Shown piece after piece: positions 47,244 to 58,600 of a DNA stretch of 64,000 bases; the first letter of the stretch is position 1; the number at the start of each line of letters is the position of its first letter. The notes under the pieces were generated by a model. The model saw nothing but the letters and a program-made list of their open reading frames with translations, searched no databases and was not told the DNA's origin. Source of the DNA: Diplonema japonicum. Its lineage: Eukaryota > Protista > Euglenozoa: Diplonemea. The DNA is taken from NCBI GenBank assembly GCA_964019335.1, contig OZ025703.1, forward strand, positions 310,001 to 374,000, written 5' to 3'. The translations under genes and the position numbers were made by a program.

Positions 47244-47903
47244 TGAGCTCGTCCGGAAAAAAATGTCAACAAATGACCCTCTTTTGCAACAGAAAATCCT
47301 CGGAAAATTTCTAAGTACAAAAGTAGTCACAATGCACGCCGTTTGTTTCATTTCTAAAACGCGCGTGCAAAAACATGCTTTTTAGAATGGTTTTTTTTTT
47401 AATTTTTGGCATTCGGAAATTGTAAATGACTCAGGCTCCATATTTCTTTTTGTTTTCTTCAATAGAATGCGAGAAGAAATGGACGCAGATGGGAAATCTG
47501 TGAAACTTAAGGGGTCATTTTGGGTAGTTTGGGCTCTTTATCACTATTAAAATGGGATGGGGAAAATACTGCCATTTGGTTGTACCCAGGGGTCACAAAG
47601 GTGCGTATTCACCACTTTTATGCACTTTAGGTGCTGCATTTCAAGCTTTTAAACTGCATTTTAAACATTTTTCGTCGTTTTTCTGACCTCTGTTTTTCGC
47701 TTCCCGGGGCAGCCGGTTGCAAAGCCTGCCACCCTCATGGCAGGCAAAACAAGCATCGCAATTGAAAAAAAAGAACGGCAACAGGTACACCATATGTCAT
47801 CTTCCTATGGTTGCATGCTGCCCTTTTTTTGCTCAAATAATCAAAACAAGAAATTTTCGGAGGTGCCCAAAAAAGTGTTGACATTTTCGTCCGGACGAGC
47901 TCA
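47244..47903. mobile_element. 660-bp Tc1/mariner-like MITE
   Basis: TIRs TGAGCTCGTCCGGAAAAAAATGTCAACA and TGTTGACATTTTCGTCCGGACGAGCTCA (2 mismatches), TA on both sides, and an extra subterminal inverted match (CCTCGGAAAATTTC vs GAAATTTTCGGAGG). No transposase ORF. Confidence 0.8.
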
Positions 47904-48355
47904 TATATATAAAATAAATAAAAAAAAAAAAAAACACGGATTCCCAAATATATTTTCACCTAGTCCGAGAATTTTCGACAATCGAATATACTACAAATGA
48001 GGCAGAAGTGGAAGAAGCAGTTTTAATCGACGCTTTGTCAAAAGCAACGAATTTTATCGAGGTTAGGGCATATATATTGAAATAATTTTGGGAACCCGTG
48101 GAAGGAGGAGGGGGCTTTTAAAAAAGAAAATCGCCCAGATACACGATCTGAGCACACACACCACAACACACTCGCGCCCCTTCCTCTTTTTTATATTTCT
48201 TTTAAGTTTGAAGGAGTAGGTTAGGCTGTACTCGTCAAAAAAAAAAGGAGGAAAAAAAAAAGGTAACGTGCTGTAAACACCTACAAACTGCTTGCTATTT
48301 TTTCGGGCCGTTGCTAACCACTTCGTTCCTATCATAGTGAATTTTTTTTTGTTCT

Positions 48356-48390
<35 letters not shown>

Positions 48391-48474
48391 TTCTTTACCT
48401 TCCCTAGTAGTATTTTGAAAACTGCCTTTTCTTATATGATTATCTTTTTTTTTTTTTGACTTTTTTTTCTCTGG

Positions 48475-48507
<33 letters not shown>

Positions 48508-48596
48508 TGCACTTGCTCCTTTTTTTTTCCCCCCAAAAAAAAAAAATTATACAAAGAGGCCCCAAAAGAAAGGGGTTTTAAAAAAAAAAAAAGAAA

Positions 48597-48662
48597 ATGG
48601 CCCTAAGGCGAACGGTGGTAGTTAATGGGGTCTCGGCCTTGGGAGCGAGAAAAGGGCAAGGT

Positions 48663-48696
<34 letters not shown>

Positions 48697-48819
48697 ACAT
48701 AGAACGGGTGGATTTCCCAAAGGTCTACTTGAACAAAACGGAAAAGTACACCCCGCAAACCGCATATAATAGATTCTTCGGTAACAGACCGCACATCCTT
48801 TATGGGGTACGTAAATTTT

Positions 48820-48854
<35 letters not shown>

Positions 48855-49569
48855 ACAGCATTCTATTACATCTGAGAAATATGTGGACCAGATAGGGCAC
48901 ATGATTTACCCCATGCAAACCACCAAGTGGCCGAAGTACCTGGTGCAGAGGGGCAAACATGGCTGGACGGCGTACGGGAACTCAGAAGCATACACCACTT
49001 ACAGAACCCTTATGGAGAAGCGATACGAAACAGGAGAACTCGCTCCCAGCCTCGGCGAGCGCCGGCCAGAAATGATAATGCAAACTTGGTTCGGCAAACG
49101 GGTCCAGCAACGAAGGACGCTAACATGGGCTGAAAAAATCTCGAAACACAGAATTTTCCCGCACGTGTACGGGTGGTCACAGGATGCCGCCCCCAAGGCA
49201 ATCTACTCCGAGCTTTTGAACCATCAGTTTACCCCTGCAATCGAGCATGATGCACTTACCCTAATGGAAAGCTACGGCGGGCTCGACCAATGGATTCTCC
49301 AGAATGATCCCATGTTCCTGACCTCTTGGGAAATGGAAAAAATCCGGAACTTTTTATTGGTCCGGAGAATGGAAATCGACAAAAACCATGTAATGGACGC
49401 ACAGGTATAATAGAAGGGGGGGGGGGGGGGGGGAATGAATTTAAAAAAAAAAAAAAAAAAAAAAAAGGCTGAGTCCCTTGCCGAGCATCTCTACACCCTC
49501 GTGAAGAGCAAATACGAAAGGGAAAAATTGGAGGCGAACGATGGAGTGAAGGAATCAATCCAAGAATGA
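48597..49569 (+). CDS. MRPL28: Mitochondrial ribosomal protein bL28m-like, ~271 aa; introns 48661-48702, 48807-48858 and 49405-49467
   Basis: MALRR.. mitochondrial-type presequence and bL28-like IYSELLN...ALTLMESYGGLDQWIL. Four exons join in frame. Confidence 0.7.
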
Positions 49570-49725
49570 AACAAAAAAAAAAAAACATTTTTTTTTTTTT
49601 TTTTTGAGTGTCCGAAAAAAAAAAAAACCTTTTCTATTTTCTTTCCCCCCCCCTCCGACACCACAAAAAAAAAAAGTAAGGCGGAAGGGGGTGGTGGGAG
49701 AGAACCCCCGGTAAAAAAAAAAAAA

Positions 49726-51030
49726 ATGCACCCGATGTCTCAAAACCCGGAGCATCTCTATGGAAGATACATCCCATCCAGCCCGCCTCTATATTCTCCA
49801 GGCGTCCTCCCGGTGCAGCCTGTTCTGCCGTACGCCAGCCACAACCAGGTACCAGTGAACACTATACCTGTTATTCAGCACAGGTCCTCCAGCCCCCCGA
49901 ACACCCCATACTTACAACAACAACAACAAAGGAAAACGATAACCGTGGAGCACAACGGTAAAACGGAGGATTTTGGTATTAGCACAACAGATACCCCGGA
50001 ATCGTGTATGGCGGCGGTGAGTTCTGTGTTCGGTCTCAAAATGGGCAGTTTCACATCTGTTAAGGATGCACGAGGGGTGAATATATCACCGTCTTACTAC
50101 AATCTGCAAGATCGAGGAAAGTACTCGATAGGCGGGCAAGATATTCTTGCAACATCTCCTCTCAACACCAACACAGGCAGCACAATGGTATCAGCAAAGA
50201 GAACCAACTCTGTGACAGATTACAAAGACAATGAAACAAACGTCCTTCGTGGTTCCGTCCGTGCAGTGTTGATCGGCGTCGAATACCAAAAAAAACCAGC
50301 CCACCGATTGTCAAGAAAACACGTTGTAACAAACGGTGTCAAGAAAATGCGGAAGTTTCTGGAGGGGTTTCGAGATCCCATGATCATGGAGGTCCTCGAA
50401 GAAGAGGAGGAGGGCGGAATCGTTCTTAAAAAAGACGGTACTCGAAAACAAGATATTTTGAGATGGGCTGAATGGCTTGTACAGCATCCTGCCCAGACGA
50501 ACATCTTCTACTTCGCAGGGCATATTGGCGTTTTAGACACAGAAAATGAGGAACGTGAGGAGGTTCTTCTACCTTCGGATTTCCGGGCGACCGCTGGTGA
50601 GGGCTTTGAACTGTTCAACGCGATCACGTCAACGGAGCTCATGGAAGTCTTCTCGAGGACCTCGACGAAGGTTACTTGTGTTTTCGATACTGCTCATACA
50701 GGTAGTGTCCTACGCTTGCCGTGCGCTTCCCGTCTATATTCTAATGGGACCGCCAGTATGATTGAAACAAAAACGAATCAGGATTCTGAGATTCTTGGGA
50801 CCGGGCCGGATTTAACGGTTCTGAGCTGTACTTTGGAGAAGCCGGCTGACACTAGTGTTTGTGGTAGTTTCACCTCTGCGCTGGTCTCCGTGCTCGAGAA
50901 GAAGCACACGAACGAGTCGCTTCTGCAGTGTGTGGCGGAGAACTTGCGTCGTTACCACCCGTTGACAAACCTCTCACCCGCGCTTAAATCGAACAGGGCT
51001 TTGCCCTTTGATGGTGAGTTTTTTATGTGA
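49726..51030 (+). CDS. Type-I metacaspase-like protein lacking the catalytic Cys
   Basis: Pro-rich prodomain, RAVLIGVEY, TRKQDIL...WLV, FYFAGH, LLPSDF, VTCVFDTAHTGSVLRLP and GSFTSAL. Confidence 0.8.
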   Translation: MHPMSQNPEHLYGRYIPSSPPLYSPGVLPVQPVLPYASHNQVPVNTIPVIQHRSSSPPNTPYLQQQQQRKTITVEHNGKTEDFGISTTDTPESCMAAVSSVFGLKMGSFTSVKDARGVNISPSYYNLQDRGKYSIGGQDILATSPLNTNTGSTMVSAKRTNSVTDYKDNETNVLRGSVRAVLIGVEYQKKPAHRLSRKHVVTNGVKKMRKFLEGFRDPMIMEVLEEEEEGGIVLKKDGTRKQDILRWAEWLVQHPAQTNIFYFAGHIGVLDTENEEREEVLLPSDFRATAGEGFELFNAITSTELMEVFSRTSTKVTCVFDTAHTGSVLRLPCASRLYSNGTASMIETKTNQDSEILGTGPDLTVLSCTLEKPADTSVCGSFTSALVSVLEKKHTNESLLQCVAENLRRYHPLTNLSPALKSNRALPFDGEFFM

Positions 51031-51270
51031 ACAAAAAAAAAAAAAAAAAAGTTTCACTCTCTTTTTTTTTTTTAGATTCCCTTCCCCCTGTATAAACGAA
51101 AAAAAAAATTTTTTTTTTTGTTGTTTCATTTTTTTTTCTCCCCCCATTCCCTTGTTTTCCCTCTCCCCCCTTTTTTTTTGGAAAAAAAAAAAAAGAAACG
51201 CATCGCCACAGGGAGGGAAGGGAGGAGCGAGAAAAAAAAATAAAAAAATAAAAATAGAAGGGGATAAAAA

Positions 51271-52323
51271 ATGATCGAAGGGGAGATGGTTGACCTCGGC
51301 CCGTCAGGGGCATCGGACAAGGACGTGCAGGAGAACACCGCGGTTCAGATACAAAAGGGGGAAAAAGTCGAGACAAAAACACAGGAGAAATACGTAGTGG
51401 CGGGTTCCAAGAAGGAAGACCCCCTGGAGCTGTACAAGGGGAACAACACACTGTTGTGCGGCGGGTGCTGCGTCATGGGCCCGAACACAGGGTACTGCAT
51501 GTTGGCAGGGGTTCTGATTATAGTACCGATGGCGGTCTACATAATATTTGTCGCAAGGGAGCTGCCCTTAGGCGTTGGGGTAGGTGGCATGTTTGTATCT
51601 GCATTGCCCATGTGCTTTTTGATGAAAACAGCCACAACCGATCCGGGCATTTTAAAGCGGTTTTCAACGCCGCCTGTCGAATATCCTCCAACGAACCTCC
51701 TGGTGGATCACAACGAGCTCTCCACAAAACTGTGGTACTGCCACAAGTGCAATTGTTACCGCTCCCCCCGTGCGAAACACTGCTACTTGTGTAATAATTG
51801 CGTTGAGGTCTTCGACCACCATTGCCCCTGGACTGGAACCTGTGTTGGTAAAGGAAACTACCGGTACTTTGTGTGGTTTCTGACAAGTATCAACTTCGCT
51901 GCCATGTACCTTGTCGCATCTATTTTGTATATTTGGATCGATACCAGCAAGGACGAACGTAAGACTGTTTGGCAAACCATCAACAGCACCGAGATGATTC
52001 CAGAGATTTGCTTACTTGCCTACCTCGTCCTCCTATCTTTCTTCGTCTCTGGGCTCACCATGTACCATTACTATCTCATCTACACTGGACAGGTATTTTT
52101 TTTTTTTTTTTGGAAAACAAAAAAAAAAAGTTTTTTCTCACAGACCACTCGCGAGCACCTCAAAGACCTGTTTGACAGCGAGCGTCCGTACTCATCGGGA
52201 CCTTTCAGAAACTGCCTGCGGGCGCTCTTCGGAACTGATACGCGGCTGGAAGATATCACGGAAATCGAACAGCAGGTGCTTACCGAAAAGTACGGCGAGG
52301 TGGTCAAGCATGACAGGCCGTGA
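51271..52323 (+). CDS. DHHC palmitoyl-acyltransferase; in-frame intron 52093-52143
   Basis: TDPGI and [38 protein letters not shown]. Removing the intron restores the GQTTRE (TTxE) motif. Confidence 0.95.
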   Translation: MIEGEMVDLGPSGASDKDVQENTAVQIQKGEKVETKTQEKYVVAGSKKEDPLELYKGNNTLLCGGCCVMGPNTGYCMLAGVLIIVPMAVYIIFVARELPLGVGVGGMFVSALPMCFLMKTATTDPGILKRFSTPPVEYPPTNLLVDHNELSTKLWYCHKCNCYRSPRAKHCYLCNNCVEVFDHHCPWTGTCVGKGNYRYFVWFLTSINFAAMYLVASILYIWIDTSKDERKTVWQTINSTEMIPEICLLAYLVLLSFFVSGLTMYHYYLIYTGQVFFFFFWKTKKKSFFSQTTREHLKDLFDSERPYSSGPFRNCLRALFGTDTRLEDITEIEQQVLTEKYGEVVKHDRP

Positions 52324-52600
52324 TGCTTATTATTATTTTTTCTTTTTTTTTAGAGTATTTTATCCCCCCCCTCCTCTGCCACGCATCTGGCTCAGTTTAG
52401 TTATGTCAAAAAAAGAAAACATTACCATTTTTTTTTGAAACTCTTCTTCTTTACCTGCCCGTGAATTCAGAACAGAAAAAAAGCGAGGGGGGGTATATTA
52501 CAAAAGAAAAAAAAAGGTGTGCTTCAGCGCACTCCCCCCTTCTGCAGAAAAGATTCCTAAACCCGTGTCAAACTTCGTGTATGGCCAGAGAGACGGGGCG

Positions 52601-55600
52601 ATGGTGAGGCGGGGGGTGTTCCTCGTTGCTTTTTCGTTGCAGTGGCAGACGTTGGATGCAACATGCTGGCGGCCGGGCGAGGTCGCTGGGAACAACGATG
52701 GAGTCTCGCAACTCATCACCGACGTGCTGCTCCCGTGCACTGCTCTTACAATGCAGGACAGCATGTGCAAATATAACTGCAGTACCTACCCTTCCCAAGC
52801 AAGTCCTGGCTACATCCGGTGTGGTGCACAAGGCAAATGGGAGCCCGGTCCCATCTACACCGGGTGCCCTTCATCATCTACAACTTCTCCAGCAGATCTA
52901 CCTGCTCAAGTACCCACAGCTTCCGTACCTCAGCCGCCACAAGACCTCATGGAGCCTGCTCCCGAGGACGACTTAGATTCACAGCCTCAGTCAAGTCCCA
53001 CAGACGATGATAACACCCAAGGCACCCCACCAACCGACAGTGCATCTCCGATTGATTCTGACGATGTCACCCCCTCACCCACGCCCCACAGCGGCGTGCC
53101 TGCAGCTGGTGAAATACCAGCAGACACACCTTTCGACGTGCAGGTGACGGAATCACCTAACATCCCTTTCGATGGTGCACCTGCTGATGGTACGCCTGCT
53201 TTCGATCCAACAACAAGCCCCACGACTGCCATCCCCACAGGTGAGGGGAGCGTACCCGAAGACAGCCCTGTTGACGACACAGCCGGGCCTGCAACTTACG
53301 AGCCGACGACGATACTCACATCACAGCCATCATCGGCAGAGCCTGCCGATGTGCCTGTTGATGCGACCTTGACGGACGCCCCGACGACACCCTTGCAGGG
53401 GCCCAGCGAAGCACCTGCAACTGTGCCCGTTGACGAGGCGACGCCTATGGACGGTCCTGTCGAGCAAGTTGTGACAGAAGCCCCGACCACCGCAGTGCCA
53501 ACTATTGCACCAACGCAGGAGCCTACCGAAGCACCTGCAACAAGTGTGCCTGATGACAGCCCTGCTGATGGTGTAACAGATGTGCCCACAACTGCGGAAC
53601 CAGTCATTCCCACTAACGAGCCGCGAACAGCTGAGCCAGCAATTGCACCTGCTGACGCACCTGCCGACAGTCCTGTTGATGAGGTCGTGACAAGCTCACC
53701 GACTTCTGCTCCTTCGGCAGCACCAACGCAGGAGCCAACAGCTGCTCCGACTACTGCACCCACACCTGCGGAGCCGGCAGTGGAGCCTGCTGACACACCT
53801 GCCGACGGCCCCATGGACGACATGACTTCGAGTCCACTGACAGCTGTCCCGACGGCATCACCAACCAACGCCCCAACTGCGGTGCCCACACAGGAACCTT
53901 CGACACCTGCGGATGAGCCTGCTGACAGCCCTCTTGATGGTGCGACAGATGCACCCACCGCAGAACCTGTAGCAACTGACCCGACGGCCATCCCCACTGG
54001 TGAACCAACACAAGAACCGGCACCAGAGCCTGCAGACGAGCCGGTTGACAGCCCCATTGATGATGTTACCTCAGCTCCTTCAGCAATACCGACGCAGGAG
54101 CCAGCAATAGTTACGACCAGTATTCCAACTGCAGCACCCACACAAGAGCCTGCAACACCCGCGGATGAGCCAGTAGACAGCCCTTTTGATAGAGCAACAG
54201 GCGCACCCACTACTTCAGAGCCGGTGACTAGTGAACCTATGCAGCCATCGACAAGTCAGCCGATGCCACCTGTGAATGAACCACCCGAGGACGTACCAGC
54301 AGACGTGCCTGTCGATACCGTGTTCACAGCCGAACCGACCGTTGCGCCCACACCGACGCCTGCAACTGTACCCGAAGGACTAGCACCGGTTGATGGGATC
54401 GACACACCTGCAGATAGCCCTAGCGATGGGAGCATGACAGGTGCTCCGCTCACTGTAATGCCAGCTACAGACGTTCCGTCGGTAGAGCCTGCAATACCTG
54501 CAAGTGAACCAGTGGACAGCCCTATTGATGGGGAACGTGTCACCTCGGAGCCGGTGACAAGTGAACCTTCGCAGCCAACAACAAGTCAACCGACCAGTGC
54601 TCCTGCAGTGGAACCCCAAGAGCCTGAATCGCCTGCCGATGAACCCGTAGACAGCCCTCTTGATGGTGCCACCAACGAACCGTCGACTGCCGCACCAGAA
54701 TCAGGCAGAACTCCATTCGAGCCTGTGCCTGAAGACAGCCCTGTTGACGAAACAGCCGCGCCCGCTGTTGGGAGCGCGACAAGTGAACCGACAGCGATAC
54801 CTACTTCAGAGCCTGCAACTGTGCCCGTTGACGAGGCGACGCCTATGGACGGTCCTGTCGAGCAAGTTGTGACAGAAGCCCCGACCACCGCAGTGCCAAC
54901 TATTGCACCAACGCAGGAGCCTACTGAAGCACCTGCAACAAGTGTGCCCGATGACAGCCCTGCTGATGGTGTAACAGATGTGCCCACAACTGCGGAACCA
55001 GTCGTTCCCACTAACGAGCCGCGAACAGCTGAACCTTCTCAAGAGCCAGAAAATGAGCCTGCTGACGCACCTGCCGACAGTCCTGTCGATGAGGTCGTGA
55101 CAAGTTCACCGACTTCTGCTCCTTCGGCAGCACCAACGCAGGAGCCAACAGCTGCTCCAACAATTGCACCCACACAGAAACCTTCACCACCCACGGAGCC
55201 GGCAGTGGAGCCTGCTGACACACCTGCCGACGGCCCCATGGACGACATGACTTCGAGTCCACTGACAGCTGTCCCGACGGCATCACCAACCAACGCCCCA
55301 ACTGCGGTGCCCACACAGGAACCTTCGACACCTGCAGAACCCTCTCAAGAGCCAGAAAATGAGCCTGCTGACACACCTGCCGACAGTCCTGTTGATGAGG
55401 TCGTGACAAGCTCACCGACTTCTGCTCCTTCAGCAGCACCAACGCAGGAGCCAACAGCCGCTCCGACTACTGCGCCCGAGCCGGCTGAACCTGCAAACAC
55501 GCCTGCCGACGGCCCCATGGATGACGTAACCTCAGCTCCTGTTGACAGTCCCGTTGATGGGGGTGCGACAGGTGCTCCTTTGACGAATGGGCCTACAAGT

Positions 55601-58600
55601 ATCCCTACTGCAGCACCTACAAGTGAGCCAGCAATTCCCGAAAGTGAGCCAATGGGTGCACCTGAAGACAGCCCTATTGATGCTACGAGTGTACCACATA
55701 CACAAGAACCTGCCGCCCCGATGATGTCAACGAGCGAGCCGGCCGTACCGGTGCAAGTTGATGTGCCTGCCGACAGCCCTATCGATGAAGGTGTGAATAA
55801 CAGTTCCCCCCCTTTTTTTTGAGGTCATCTTTTCGTCAAACGTGTTCGTGAGAGGGGTCACTTCTAGCCTGCGTTTCTTCCCCGAAAAAAAGAGGAAACG
55901 GGGGGGGGTGACAGTAATATGATGATAACCCAAACCCATCGGTGTGTACGAATTCTGATCTTCTGAATTGAAGACAACTCCTTTCGACGGGCGGACTGAC
56001 CATGCAAGAGCAAAAATGAAAGAAAATTGCAGATCAAATTACGTATATTAAGATTACTGTAAAACGAGAAACTCCCGGACGGGAAAATGTCCGGGAATTT
56101 TTTTTAAGGTCGTCAGAGGGCCTGGTCCGTACATACTGGCCTGGGCTGCAAACGGCAACCGCGCGAAAAAAACCCCACAGAACCACTGGGCATCTGGGTT
56201 CCCTTTCTGCATATTTGTCCATGTGTTTCTTGTCCGTATTATCCTTGGAAGAAGATACCGTGTGGGCAAAAAGCTCAAGATAAAATTGATTGATAAAAGG
56301 CGAAAAGAAAAAGAAGAAGAAGAAAAAAAAGGGGAGTAGGGTGGGGCTATTCCTGGCGGCAGCGTCATCCAGCCGTTGTCGTTGTTGGGTGAGACTGAGG
56401 AGCATCTCCATTGAGGAGTCCGAAGAAACGGAAAAGGTTTCGTCGGATAACGTAGAGGCGGCGGACACGGTGGTCGTGTCTGGAGATAGATGCATCATGT
56501 CAATGACTTCCACACATCCATCCTCAAGGTCCTGGGCAAGCTTGGCATGGAGGGAGTACATCTTCCTCCCAAATTTCCCGTCTTTCACCCATGTTTTTCG
56601 TCAGCAACAGCACGCAAACATGCAACACCGGCGTAAGCAGCAAGAGCCGAAAACTCCCAAATTGGGCTCCACCCGGGTTCGAGGTAATGGCCAAAGCAAT
56701 AAGCCCAACTGTTCTTAATCGACTGGCTGATGACAACATCCAGGCTGCTTCCCCAGCATGCGCTATGAATATATCTTTGTGGGAAACGTGCGAGGAGAAA
56801 AGGAATATCACAAGGGAGGGGGGGGAAAGGGAGGGGGAAAAAATTAGCCACACACAGGTGCGACTACTGCTCCTCTTACAAGTGAGCCCAGCGTTTCAAC
56901 TGCCGCACCTACGCAGGAGCCTGCTACCCCCGCAGACGAGCCGGTCGATAGTCCTCTAGATGGAGTAACAGATGCACCCGCTACCTCAGAGCCCGTGACA
57001 AGTGAGCCAGTTCCGTCTACCCTAGCACCCATGGCTGGGCCAGAGGACAGTCCTGTAGATGCTACAAGTGAGCCAACTATGCAACCCACTGCTGTTCCGA
57101 CCCGAGCACCGTCGCCAGAGAACGAAGTGCCTGTGGACGCCCCTTACGACAGTGAAACAGAGGCCCCGAGCACCACTGCTCCGACAAATGAGCCTACGAC
57201 AGCACCCACGCAGGAGCCGGACGTTCCTAGAGACAGCCCTGTTGACGATACAGCACTTCCCACCCAGGAGCCAACAACAGAACCCACCACAGCCCCTGCA
57301 CCCCCAACCGCTGATGTCCCAATGGATGCACCTGCAGATGGTCCTGTTGAGTCCACCTTAGCACCCATGACACCCCAGCCCACTGCAGAGCCTACTGCCG
57401 CACCTACCCAAGAGCCTGACGATGCTCCGGCTGATGTACCTGCCGATTCGGTCACTGTTGCTCCTCAGCCCACAAGCGCCCCAACTTCCTTTCCTACCGT
57501 GGCGCCAAGCACAGAGGCACCTGCAGACGTTCCTAATGACGAAACTGCACAGCCAACTGGTTCTCCAACAAGCGCACCTACACTTGCCCCCCCAACACAA
57601 GCGCCGGGTAGCCCTGACGACGCTACAGCGCCTGCTGATAGTCCTTTTGATACAACTGGAGAACCGACAGCTGTTCCCACTGCGAGACCAACAGCTCTGC
57701 CAACTTCCGAACCTACTGCAGAGCCGACAGCAGAACCAATGGGAGCTCCTTCAGACCAGTCACCCGGTGACGCCCCTGTAGATGAAACTGATATCCCGAC
57801 TGCGGAACCAACTTCTGTTCCCACGTCCGAGCCCACACCTGTACCGCCGTTGCCTACCCCTACACCTACGGTTACGATGACAGGAGAGGGAAGCACGACA
57901 GCAACAGAGACCCGGACAGGAGAAGGAGGCACGACAGTAACGGAGACAGAAGGAAGCACAACAGCAACAGAGACCCTGGCAGGAGAAGGAAGCACGACAG
58001 CAACAGAGACCCTGACAGCAGAAGGAAGCACGACAGTAACAGAGACCCTGACAGGAGAAGGAAGCACGACAGTAACAGAGACCCGGACAGGAGAAGGAAG
58101 CACGACAGCAACAGAGACCCTGACAGCAGAAGGAAGCACGACAGTAGCAGAGACCCTGACAGGAGAAGGAAGCACGACAGTAACAGAGACCCGGACAGGA
58201 GAAGGAAGCACGACGGCAACAGAGACCTTAACGATCGCCAAACCCACAACCGAGCCGACTTCTGAACCGACTGCCCAGCCTACTGCGGAGCCAACGGCCC
58301 AACCCACTGCAGAGCCGACAGCCGAACCAATGGGAGCTCCTTCAGACCAGTCACCCGGTGACGCCCCTGTAGATGAAACTGATATCCCGACTGCGGAACC
58401 AACTTCTGTTCCCACGTCCGAGCCCACACCTGTACCGCCGTTGCCTACCCCTACACCTACGGTTACGATGACAGGAGAGGGAAGCACGACAGCAACAGAG
58501 ACCCGGACAGGAGAAGGAGGCACGACAGTAACTGAAACCTTAACTATCGCGAAGTCCACAACAGAGCCGACTTCCGAACCAACGACTCAACCTACTGCAG

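Noticed and set aside
57880-58230. 36-bp periodic array resembling a CRISPR repeat length
   Set aside because: The units are contiguous, in-frame coding repeats with no unique spacers and no cas genes.
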